Positions 13,355 through 21,425 of a stretch of 64,000 nucleotides of DNA are shown here, one piece after another; positions within the stretch are counted from its first letter, which is position 1; each line of letters starts with the position of its first letter. The notes under the pieces were generated by a model. That model was given only the letters and a program-made list of their open reading frames with translations, was not told the origin of the DNA and ran no database searches. Source of the stretch: an uncultured Verrucomicrobiae bacterium (GTDB lineage: Bacteria > Verrucomicrobiota > Verrucomicrobiia > Chthoniobacterales > UBA10450); NCBI GenBank assembly GCA_963834385.1, contig CAWIBO010000002.1:1056001-1120000 (forward strand). Direction: 5' to 3'. The position numbers and the translations under genes were made by a program.

Positions 13355-14167
13355 TCATTCGTCGGAACGCTCGGTATCGGTCAGGCGTGCCCTGGCTTCG
13401 TCCAGATACCCTTCGTCGATCTCGTAGCCAAGGAAACGCGGCACGCCGAGCCGTTGCGCGGCCACGGCGGAATTTCCGATGCCGAGGAACGGGTCGAGCA
13501 TCACCTTGACCCGTTCGATTCCGTGCAGCCGGATGCAGTTCTCGGCCAGCTCCACCGGGAAGGTCGCCGGATGCGGCCGCTCTTTCGCCCGGCTCTGGAT
13601 GGTCCGATAAGGCACGAACCAGGTGTTGCCGCGGCACCGCTTATCCTTCCCGGCGGTGTGGCCCCACCGGGCAATGTTGCTCTTGTCCTGGTAGGGCACG
13701 CCGAGCGCCAGCCGGTCGATCGGTGTCCGCCCATGCGGCGTCAGGTGGAAGAGATACTCATGACAATCGTTCAGGAAACGCGGTGAATTGATCGGTTTAA
13801 AATGGCCGCGGGAGACAAGGCCGCCTTCATCGTCCGGGAGCGTGATCGATTTGATCCAGTGAATCGTATTCTGGAGCTGGAAGAACTTTCCCAGTCGCAG
13901 GACAAGCTGGTGCGGCCCGAGCGGGTTCGAGGGGGCGGAGCCGACGTTGAGGAAAAGCGAACCAGCCGGTTGCAGCACGCGCCGCAATTGCGCGCCCCAT
14001 TCCTCACACCAGTCGAGGTAGGCCTCGCGGCCCGCCGTATCCGCAAACTTCGAGTATTTGATTCCAAGATTGTAAGGGGGCGAGGTCACGACCAGGTCGA
14101 TTGATTCCTTCTCGAGCTGCGCCACTCCCTTCACGCAATCCTCCTGGCGCAGGATGAAGTTTGTCAT
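13355..14167 (-). CDS. Site-specific DNA methyltransferase, beta class (N4-C/N6-A), orphan
   Basis: Motif IV VTSPPYN precedes HPATFP and motif I DPFLGIG; start moved to ATG 14167 (MTNFILRQEDC). Confidence 0.92.
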   Translation of the reverse strand: MTNFILRQEDCVKGVAQLEKESIDLVVTSPPYNLGIKYSKFADTAGREAYLDWCEEWGAQLRRVLQPAGSLFLNVGSAPSNPLGPHQLVLRLGKFFQLQNTIHWIKSITLPDDEGGLVSRGHFKPINSPRFLNDCHEYLFHLTPHGRTPIDRLALGVPYQDKSNIARWGHTAGKDKRCRGNTWFVPYRTIQSRAKERPHPATFPVELAENCIRLHGIERVKVMLDPFLGIGNSAVAAQRLGVPRFLGYEIDEGYLDEARARLTDTERSDE

Positions 14168-14195
14168 GGCGCACGATGGATTTCCCGCCCGCGGC

Positions 14196-14344
14196 GTACA
14201 AGACAATTCCAGTCCAAGACGACGCGCAACTTTCCCGGTGGGAAGTTCCATCGTAAGCGGCTTACGATCCATGCGTCAGCTCAACGACAACGTTTCCGCC
14301 GGCAGCCATCCACACATCTCTCTCGGTTCCAGGTTGTCTTGCGC
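14196..14344 (-). ncRNA. Candidate structured RNA of unknown family
   Basis: Long closing stem (GCAAGACAAC…CCGAGA / TCTTGG…TTGTCTTGT), GAAA-tetraloop hairpin, GACGC/GCGTC stem enclosing two hairpins, one a perfect ATCGTAAGC-N-GCTTACGAT. Confidence 0.45.
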
Positions 14345-14396
14345 CCGGGTGCCGGGTGCGATTGGCCGCCGCGACGGAATGGCGTAAGTTTGTTTC

Positions 14397-15194
14397 ATGG
14401 CGGACAAGCCTTCGAAACTGACGATTGCCGGGCGCGAGTTTTCCTCGCGGCTCCTCCTCGGGACCGGCAAGTTTTCGTCCAACGACGCCATGCGCGACGC
14501 CCTCGTCGCAAGCGGGGCGGAAATCGTGACGGTGGCGCTGCGCCGCGCCGATCTTTCCGGGAAACACGATCCTTTTGCCAACATCCTCGATTTCATCGAC
14601 CGCGATCGTTTTCTTCTCCTGCCGAACACCAGCGGCGCGCAAAATGCCGAGGAAGCGGTCCGGTTGGCCCGGCTCGCCGCCACTGCCGGGTTGCCGACCT
14701 GGGTCAAGCTCGAGATCCATCCCGACCCGCGCTATCTCCTGCCCGACCCCGTGGAAACGCTGGCCGCGGCCGAGATCCTGGTGAAGGAGGGTTTCACCGT
14801 TCTTCCTTACATCAACGCCGATCCCGTCCTGGCGAAACGTCTGCAGGACGTGGGCACCGCGACGGTCATGCCGCTCGGTTCGCCCATCGGGAGCAATCGC
14901 GGGATCGAGACCCGGGCGCAAATCGAGATCATCATCGAGCAGGCCACCGTCCCGGTGGTGGTCGATGCCGGGCTCGGCGCTCCCAGCCAGGCGGCTGAGG
15001 CGATGGAAATGGGCGCCGATGCCGTGCTGGTCAACACCGCCATCGCCATTGCCTCCGACCCGAACCGGATGGCGCAGGCTTTTCGCAAGGCGGTCGAGGC
15101 GGGTCGCGAGGCGCGCGAGATCGGCCTGGCGGAGGCCGGCACCTCCGCTTCCGCGACCAGCCCGCTCTCCGCCTTTTTCAGCCGGAAAGAGTGA
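14397..15194 (+). CDS. thiG: Thiazole synthase
   Basis: [47 protein letters not shown]. Confidence 0.98.
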   Translation: MADKPSKLTIAGREFSSRLLLGTGKFSSNDAMRDALVASGAEIVTVALRRADLSGKHDPFANILDFIDRDRFLLLPNTSGAQNAEEAVRLARLAATAGLPTWVKLEIHPDPRYLLPDPVETLAAAEILVKEGFTVLPYINADPVLAKRLQDVGTATVMPLGSPIGSNRGIETRAQIEIIIEQATVPVVVDAGLGAPSQAAEAMEMGADAVLVNTAIAIASDPNRMAQAFRKAVEAGREAREIGLAEAGTSASATSPLSAFFSRKE

Positions 15195-15449
15195 TCAACC
15201 CCGCAGGGCCGGCGGCTGTTCCCCGCTGCGCTCCTGCTGCGCGGTGACGTCGCGGTAAAATTCGATCTGGCGGCCCCCAACCCTCCGCACCACACGCCAC
15301 CCACGGTCCGCCGCGAATTGGTTCAGTTCGTCGGACGGGAGGGTGTGCACCGCCCGAAGCTCAGCCGGGTGGGTCACGAAATATTCGGGCTTGGCGGCCA
15401 GCCAGCGTTCCACCTTCTCGGCGAGGGCGACGAGGGCGGGGTCGGGCAT
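15195..15449 (-). CDS. Hypothetical protein (~84 aa)
   Basis: Protein-like ORF (MPDPALVALAEKVERWL…GWRVVRRVGGRQIEFYRD) converging on thiG. Confidence 0.6.
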   Translation of the reverse strand: MPDPALVALAEKVERWLAAKPEYFVTHPAELRAVHTLPSDELNQFAADRGWRVVRRVGGRQIEFYRDVTAQQERSGEQPPALRG

Positions 15450-15718
15450 CCGGTCACTTTGCACCAACCCGGCGGGTCGGGAGAGGATTTTTTCGCGGCG
15501 GTCGGCCGGTTGGCGTGGGGGGCGGCTTCGGTTTGCGGTTGAGTTTGTTGCCCAGCGCAGCTTTTGCCTTGGGGCCGGGCGCCGGGCCGCGTGCGTTTGG
15601 TTTTTTCATGGCTGTAAGAAAGATCGCAGACCGCGCCGCCGCCGGCTCTGGACATTTGCCGGCTCTCCCCCGGCCGGATCACGACTTGCCCGGCCGACAA
15701 CGCCCTGTAAGCAGGAAC

Positions 15719-17533
15719 GTGCGCGCAACGGTCTCCAGCGACAGGCTCGATCTCCCGCCCCAGGGGGCGGAGGTGACCGCCTCCGGTGTCCGCTACCGGA
15801 CCTGGGCCGACCATACGACGATGGAAGCGCTCATCGTCAACCGGGCTGGAGATGTGCTCCGGACGATTGCTCTCGAGGCAGAGGACGGCGGTTACTTCTC
15901 CGGCGTCGATCCGGACGGGCGCGCCGGGGATCTCTACCGCTATCGTATTGACGGGAAGGAACACTGGCCCGACCCGGCGGCCCGGTTTGCGCCCGACGGG
16001 GTCCATGGGGCCGCGCAGGTGATCGACCCGGCAGGCTACCGCTGGCGCGACGCCGCCTGGAAGACGCCCGCGTCCGGTGCCCTCGTCATTTACGAGCTGC
16101 ATGTCGGGACTTTCACTCCGGCGGGCACCTTCCGGGCCGCGATCGACCGGCTGGACCATGTCGCCTCGCTGGGCGCCACGGCCATCGAACTGATGCCGAT
16201 TGCCGATTTTCCGGGGGACCGTAACTGGGGTTACGACGGCGTGCTCCTCTACGCCCCGGCCCGCTGCTACGGCACGCCGGACGATTTGCGCGCGCTGGTG
16301 GACGCGGCGCATGCCCGCGGCCTCGCCGTTATCCTCGACGTCGTCTACAACCACCTCGGACCGGACGGCAATTACACCGGGCTTTACAGCAAGCGCTATC
16401 TCAACCCCAACCATAAAACCCCCTGGGGCGACGGGTTTAATTTCGAGCTGGCGCCGGTGCGCGATTTCTTCCTCGCGAACGCTCCCTATTGGATGCGCGA
16501 ATTTCACCTCGACGGTTTCCGGCTAGATGCCACGCATGCGATCAAGGATGATTCGCCCCGGCATATCCTGGCCGAGATCGCGGCCGCGGTGCATGCGCGC
16601 GGCGGCTTCGTCGTGGCCGAGGATGAACGCAATGAACCGCGGCTGCTTCGCCCCGAAACCCAGGGAGGACTCGGCCTTGATGCCGTCTGGGCCGACGATT
16701 TCCACCACGTCATCCGCGTGGCTCTCACCGGCGAACGCGACGCCTACTTCCAGAACTTCGAGGGGACACCGGCGGAGCTTTGCCGCACCCTGGAGAAGGG
16801 CTGGCTCTTCACCGGCCAGCCCGAGCCCGCCTCGGGCAAGGCGCGCGGAGGCGATCCAGCGGACCTTTCCCCGCACCAGTTCGTTTACTGCATCTCCAAC
16901 CACGACCAGGTGGGCAACCATGCCTTCGGCAAGCGCCTAAGCCAATTAACGGACCCGGCCGCCTACCGCGCCGTCTCCGCGCTTCTCTGCCTTGTCCCGG
17001 CCACTCCGCTTCTTTTCATGGGCCAGGAATGGGGGGCTGGCACCCCCTTTCGTTTTTTCACTCATCACAACGAACAGCTCGGGCGCGACATCACCGCGGG
17101 GCGCCGGAAAGAGTTTGCCGCCTTTGCCGCTTTCCGAGACCCGGCCGTGCGCGACACGATCCCCGATCCCCAGGCGGAAGAAACCTTTCGCCGCTCCAAA
17201 CTCGATTGGAACGAACCGGCGCAGCCCTCCCATGCGGCCCTGCTTGCCCTTTACCGCGAATGCCTGGCCCTGCGGCGGTCCCGGCCGAAACCCGGCGGTT
17301 TCACCGTGACGGAGCATCCTGGAGGTCTGGTCGCGCTTCGTTATACGGGCGGCCCTTCTCCGGAGCTTCTGCTCGTACTCGGCCTCGTCCCCCAGGGGGA
17401 GAACCGGGACGGCTCCAAGCCGCCGGCCACGGCTGGTCTCCGCCTCGTGCTCCACTCGAACGAAAGCCGTTTTGGCGGCGGCGACGAGACCCTGTTTTCG
17501 GTGCCCACCCTGGCCGTGTGGCAGGGAGATTGA
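15719..17533 (+). CDS. treZ: Malto-oligosyltrehalose trehalohydrolase (GH13)
   Basis: IYELHVGTFT, NWGYDGV, DVVYNHLGPDGNY, GFRLDATHAI, NHDQVGN; start approximate (GTG 15719). Confidence 0.95.
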   Translation: MRATVSSDRLDLPPQGAEVTASGVRYRTWADHTTMEALIVNRAGDVLRTIALEAEDGGYFSGVDPDGRAGDLYRYRIDGKEHWPDPAARFAPDGVHGAAQVIDPAGYRWRDAAWKTPASGALVIYELHVGTFTPAGTFRAAIDRLDHVASLGATAIELMPIADFPGDRNWGYDGVLLYAPARCYGTPDDLRALVDAAHARGLAVILDVVYNHLGPDGNYTGLYSKRYLNPNHKTPWGDGFNFELAPVRDFFLANAPYWMREFHLDGFRLDATHAIKDDSPRHILAEIAAAVHARGGFVVAEDERNEPRLLRPETQGGLGLDAVWADDFHHVIRVALTGERDAYFQNFEGTPAELCRTLEKGWLFTGQPEPASGKARGGDPADLSPHQFVYCISNHDQVGNHAFGKRLSQLTDPAAYRAVSALLCLVPATPLLFMGQEWGAGTPFRFFTHHNEQLGRDITAGRRKEFAAFAAFRDPAVRDTIPDPQAEETFRRSKLDWNEPAQPSHAALLALYRECLALRRSRPKPGGFTVTEHPGGLVALRYTGGPSPELLLVLGLVPQGENRDGSKPPATAGLRLVLHSNESRFGGGDETLFSVPTLAVWQGD

Positions 17534-17581
17534 AACGCCGCGACTGGCGCGCTGGCCGCCCTGCGCTACAGTTGTCGCCCC

Positions 17582-18826
17582 ATGGTTTCCGAGACAGTTG
17601 AGCTGCGCGGGCACATTATCGATTCGTTGATCCTGCCCAAGGTCCTCGACGAAATCCTGAAAACGGGCGGCCAGTTCAAGATCAAGGAGATCACCATCGG
17701 CGAGAAGCGGGCTGACCAGAGTTACGCCCGGATCGAGGTTTCCATGCCGGCCGCGCGCGACCTCGAGGCGCTCACCCTTCGCCTGCGCCAGCACGGGGCC
17801 GAGGTTCGGGAAAAGGCGAACGCCCAACTGGCCCGCTGCCCCGCTGACGGCGTTTTTCCGACCGACTTTTACGTGACTACGAACCAGCAGACCTTTGTCC
17901 GGTTGGAGGGCAAGGAGTTCGAGGTCGCCTCCCCGATGCGCGACTGCGGAATTATCGTCGACAAGGAAAAGGGGAAAGCCGTCACGGCAAAGTTCTTCGA
18001 TGTGAAGAAGGGGATGGAGGCGGTGGTCGGACAAAAAGGAATCCGGGTGGCACCCGTCCAGCGCACGAGCACGCCGGGCGATGTCTTCCAGTTCTCCTCC
18101 GGCAGGATCGGGCTCGACAATCCCCGCAGCGCCGTCATCCGCGAAATGGCGACGGAATTCCAGCGCGACCACGACAAGGATGGCCGCATTCTTCTCGTGG
18201 CCGGTCCTGCCGTGGTCCACAGCGGAGCGGCCGGGCACATCGAGAAGCTGATCGAGCACGGTTACATCGACCTTGTCCTCGGTGGAAACGACCTCGCGGT
18301 GCACGACATCGAGAGCGCCCTTTACGGCACCTCCTCCGGCATCAATCTCGGCCGCAACCGCAAGTCGCGCTCCGGGCACGAAAACCAAATGCGCGCGGTC
18401 AACGCCATCCGCTGCGCCGGCAGCATCGAGAAGGCCGTGGAAAAGGGCCTGCTCAAGCGCGGGATCATGCATGCCTGCGTCAAGCACAAGGTCGAACTGC
18501 TCCTGGCCGGCTCCGTGCGCGACACCGGCCCGATGCCGGGCGTCATCACCGAGGCGCTCGAGGCCCAGCGCCTCATGCGCGACAAGCTGCGCGGCGTCAG
18601 CCTCGCCCTGCTCATGAGCACGATGCTCCATTCCGCCGCGGTCCGTAATTTTCTCCCCGCGACCGCCCGCATTCTTGTGGTCGATCTCAATCCGGCCGCG
18701 GTCCAGCGCCTGACGGAATCGGACAGTTTTCAAACCGTCGGTCTCGTTACCGACGTCGAGGCGTTCCTGCGCGAACTGACCGAGGTCCTGGCCGAGTTGC
18801 GCAAGGGCGCGAAAAAATCCGCCTGA
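17582..18826 (+). CDS. TIGR00300-family protein (ornithine cyclodeaminase-like; ArgZ/AgrE middle + C-terminal part)
   Basis: ELRGHIIDSL, DGVFPTDFY.TTN, AGPAVVHSG, LAVHDIESALYGTSSG, LAGSVRD.GP, STMLHS. Confidence 0.88.
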   Translation: MVSETVELRGHIIDSLILPKVLDEILKTGGQFKIKEITIGEKRADQSYARIEVSMPAARDLEALTLRLRQHGAEVREKANAQLARCPADGVFPTDFYVTTNQQTFVRLEGKEFEVASPMRDCGIIVDKEKGKAVTAKFFDVKKGMEAVVGQKGIRVAPVQRTSTPGDVFQFSSGRIGLDNPRSAVIREMATEFQRDHDKDGRILLVAGPAVVHSGAAGHIEKLIEHGYIDLVLGGNDLAVHDIESALYGTSSGINLGRNRKSRSGHENQMRAVNAIRCAGSIEKAVEKGLLKRGIMHACVKHKVELLLAGSVRDTGPMPGVITEALEAQRLMRDKLRGVSLALLMSTMLHSAAVRNFLPATARILVVDLNPAAVQRLTESDSFQTVGLVTDVEAFLRELTEVLAELRKGAKKSA

Positions 18827-18840
18827 TCCGCCCTTCTCCG

Positions 18841-19653
18841 ATGCGCCAGCTCGTCCTTTGTCCGCCGGATCATTTCAGCATCGAGTACGAGATCAATCCG
18901 TGGATGAGCCGGGCCCGCGCGGCTGACATCGAGCTGACCAAGAAGCAGTGGCACGAACTGCATGACAAACTGGCCAGCCTCGAGACCGAGATCCATCTTG
19001 TCCCGCCGCAACCCCGCCTGCCCGACATGGTTTTCACGGCCAACGCCGGGCTCGCCGTCGGGCGGAAGTTCGTCCCGAGCAACTTTCGCCACGAAGAACG
19101 GTCCGGCGAGGCGCCCCACTTCGCCGCCTTCATGGAAAAGCTGGGCTACGAAATCGTCTGGCTGCCCAAGGAGCTTTATTTCGAGGGGGAAGGCGATGCC
19201 CTCTTCGTCGGCGACGCCCTCTTTTGCGGCTACAAGTTTCGTTCGGACATCCAGTCTCATCGGGCCGTGGCGGACGTCTTTGGCTGTCTCGTCATTTCCG
19301 TCGAACTCATGGACGAGCGTTTTTATCATCTCGACACCTGTTTCTGCCCGCTCCCGGACGGAAGCGCCTTCTGGTTTCCCGCCGCCTTCGACGAATACGG
19401 GCAGCGAGCCATCCGCGACCACGTGCCCAACCTGATCGACGTCGCGGAGGAGGAAGCCGTTTTCTTTTCGTGCAACGCCGTCGTCCTCGAGAAGGATATC
19501 GTCCTGCCGGCGGGCGCCACCCGGCTCATCGCCCAGTTGCACGAGAGGGGCTACCGCACGCATCAACTGCCCATGACCGAGTTTCTCAAGGCCGGCGGCG
19601 CCTGCAAATGTCTCACCATGCTGCTGCCACAGCGCGAAAGTGTCACCCCATGA
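18841..19653 (+). CDS. Amidinotransferase-superfamily enzyme, ArgZ-type arginine dihydrolase domain
   Basis: YEINPWM, PDMVFTANAG, FEGEGD, FYHLDTCF, terminal GGACKCL catalytic Cys. Confidence 0.88.
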   Translation: MRQLVLCPPDHFSIEYEINPWMSRARAADIELTKKQWHELHDKLASLETEIHLVPPQPRLPDMVFTANAGLAVGRKFVPSNFRHEERSGEAPHFAAFMEKLGYEIVWLPKELYFEGEGDALFVGDALFCGYKFRSDIQSHRAVADVFGCLVISVELMDERFYHLDTCFCPLPDGSAFWFPAAFDEYGQRAIRDHVPNLIDVAEEEAVFFSCNAVVLEKDIVLPAGATRLIAQLHERGYRTHQLPMTEFLKAGGACKCLTMLLPQRESVTP

Positions 19654-20096
19654 AAACGATCATCCTTCTCCTTCTCACTCTCTCCCTCGCGACCGCCCAG
19701 GACGTCGCGCCCGAGCCGGGTTCCGCGGAGTGGAAGGAAATCTATTCCCCGGCTTTCACCGAACCGGACGAGATCCCGTTCGGTTCCCCCCTGCGCAAGG
19801 AACTTTTCGATCTCCTGCGCGGTCCCATGGAAAAGGCGGCGGAGAAAAAGGGGATCAAGTTCGACGGCCAGCTCAAGGCGTTCAAGAACTGGGCTTTTTT
19901 CAGCGGTCAGGTGCTCGATGCCGCGGGCGAGCCGATCGTTTTTCCTCCGGTCGACAACACCGACGCGGCGGCGCTTTGGCTCCGGACCAGGGCGGGCTGG
20001 CGCCTGGTAGATTTTGCCACCGGCTTTGGCGATCCCGCCTACTGGATCTGGGTGGAGCAATACGGCGTCCCGCCCGCGCTGGTCGGCCGCGAATAA
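19650..20096 (+). CDS. Secreted hypothetical protein
   Basis: ATGA overlap with the upstream stop; signal peptide MKTIILLLLTLSLATA. Confidence 0.7.
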   Translation: MKTIILLLLTLSLATAQDVAPEPGSAEWKEIYSPAFTEPDEIPFGSPLRKELFDLLRGPMEKAAEKKGIKFDGQLKAFKNWAFFSGQVLDAAGEPIVFPPVDNTDAAALWLRTRAGWRLVDFATGFGDPAYWIWVEQYGVPPALVGRE

Positions 20097-20099
20097 TTT

Positions 20100-21425
20100 T
20101 TATCGGCGCCGGCGCAGCGTCATCGGCAGTCCGCGACGCGCTTTCAGCGTCAACTGGGGCTCCAGCCGGACCTGGTGCCCACGGAGAAGACGCGGCTGCC
20201 AGCGCCGCGCGAGGATGCTCAGGACCAGCCCGGCCTGCATCCAGGCGTAGCCTTCGCCAATGCAATGGAGCAGGCCCGCTCCAAAGGGGAAATAACTGAA
20301 GCGGGGCCGCGCCGCCACCGCCTCCGGCGTCCAACGCTCGGGATCAAAACGCTCGGGATCCGGGAAAAATCGCGGGTCGCGCTGGACCAGATACTGGCTG
20401 ATGTGGACGTAGGAATCCTTGGGCACGGTCAGGCCGTTAAGGGTCACCTCGCGGGTGGCGCGCCGGCCCAGGATCCAGATGGGCGGATAAAGCCGCATGG
20501 ATTCGGAGAAGACCATGCGGGTATAGGGCAGGCGTTCCAGCGTTTCCACGGAGGGCAGTTCGTCACCGGTCACCCGGTCGATCTCCGCGTGCATCTTCTT
20601 TTCCGCGCCCGGGTTTTGCGCCAGCAAATACCATGTCCACATGAGCCCGCTGGCAATGGTTTCGTGGCCGCCGAGGAAAAAGGTGAGGATCTGGTCGCGG
20701 ATCTTTTCGTCGTTCATCCCCTTGCGCGCCTGTTTGCTCAGGAGAACGAGCTGGGAGAGCAGATCGGGCTGGTCACACGGTCCTGCCCGGCGCTCCGCGA
20801 TCAGTTCCCGGATGAGGCGATCAAGGGTCCTGGTCGCGCGGGCCACCTCCCGGTTCCCCGGCGAGGGAAAGCGCTCGAGGTGTTTGCTGGCCAGGAGCAG
20901 GTTGTTGAAGCGCGTGGCCTCCAACACGGTCACGAGCGATTCGCGCAGATCGGTCGCTTTCTCGGCGAAATCGACGTTGAAAAGGGTCCGACCGGCAATG
21001 GCGAGGGCCAGTCGGGCCATCTCCGACGCCATCTCGATCCTGGTCCCGTCACTCCAACGGTCGCGCCCGGCCACGATCTCACGCACCATAATCGGCGCCA
21101 GCGATGAGATATGCTGGCGGCTGAACGCCGGTTGCAGCAGCGCTTTCTGTTTCTTGTGAATTGTTCCTCGGCTGGTCAGGAGTCCCTGGCCGAGGAGCCG
21201 TTGCACCGGACGCGGGACCGACCGCCGCAGGTTGTCCTGGTCAAGCAGCACCGCGCGCACGTAATCGGGATGGTTCAGGAGAAAATCGTGGCGGCGACCC
21301 AGCTGCATGTGCACCACGTCGCCGTAGCGCCGGCGCGCCGACTCCAGATACCGGAGCGGGTTGCGGAAGAGTTCCGCGTACGCAAGGACGGCCGACTTCG
21401 GGCCGGGCAGGCGCGCCGCCTTCAA
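20100..21425 (-). CDS. Cytochrome P450
   Basis: I-helix GGHETIA, ExxR (ESMR), PERFDPERW, heme ligand FGAGLLHCIG. Confidence 0.95.
   Translation of the reverse strand: MKAARLPGPKSAVLAYAELFRNPLRYLESARRRYGDVVHMQLGRRHDFLLNHPDYVRAVLLDQDNLRRSVPRPVQRLLGQGLLTSRGTIHKKQKALLQPAFSRQHISSLAPIMVREIVAGRDRWSDGTRIEMASEMARLALAIAGRTLFNVDFAEKATDLRESLVTVLEATRFNNLLLASKHLERFPSPGNREVARATRTLDRLIRELIAERRAGPCDQPDLLSQLVLLSKQARKGMNDEKIRDQILTFFLGGHETIASGLMWTWYLLAQNPGAEKKMHAEIDRVTGDELPSVETLERLPYTRMVFSESMRLYPPIWILGRRATREVTLNGLTVPKDSYVHISQYLVQRDPRFFPDPERFDPERWTPEAVAARPRFSYFPFGAGLLHCIGEGYAWMQAGLVLSILARRWQPRLLRGHQVRLEPQLTLKARRGLPMTLRRRR

Noticed and set aside
14168..14396. TPP riboswitch upstream of thiG
   Set aside because: No CUGAGA or GAACCUGA core on the plus strand; the structure present fits the minus strand better.
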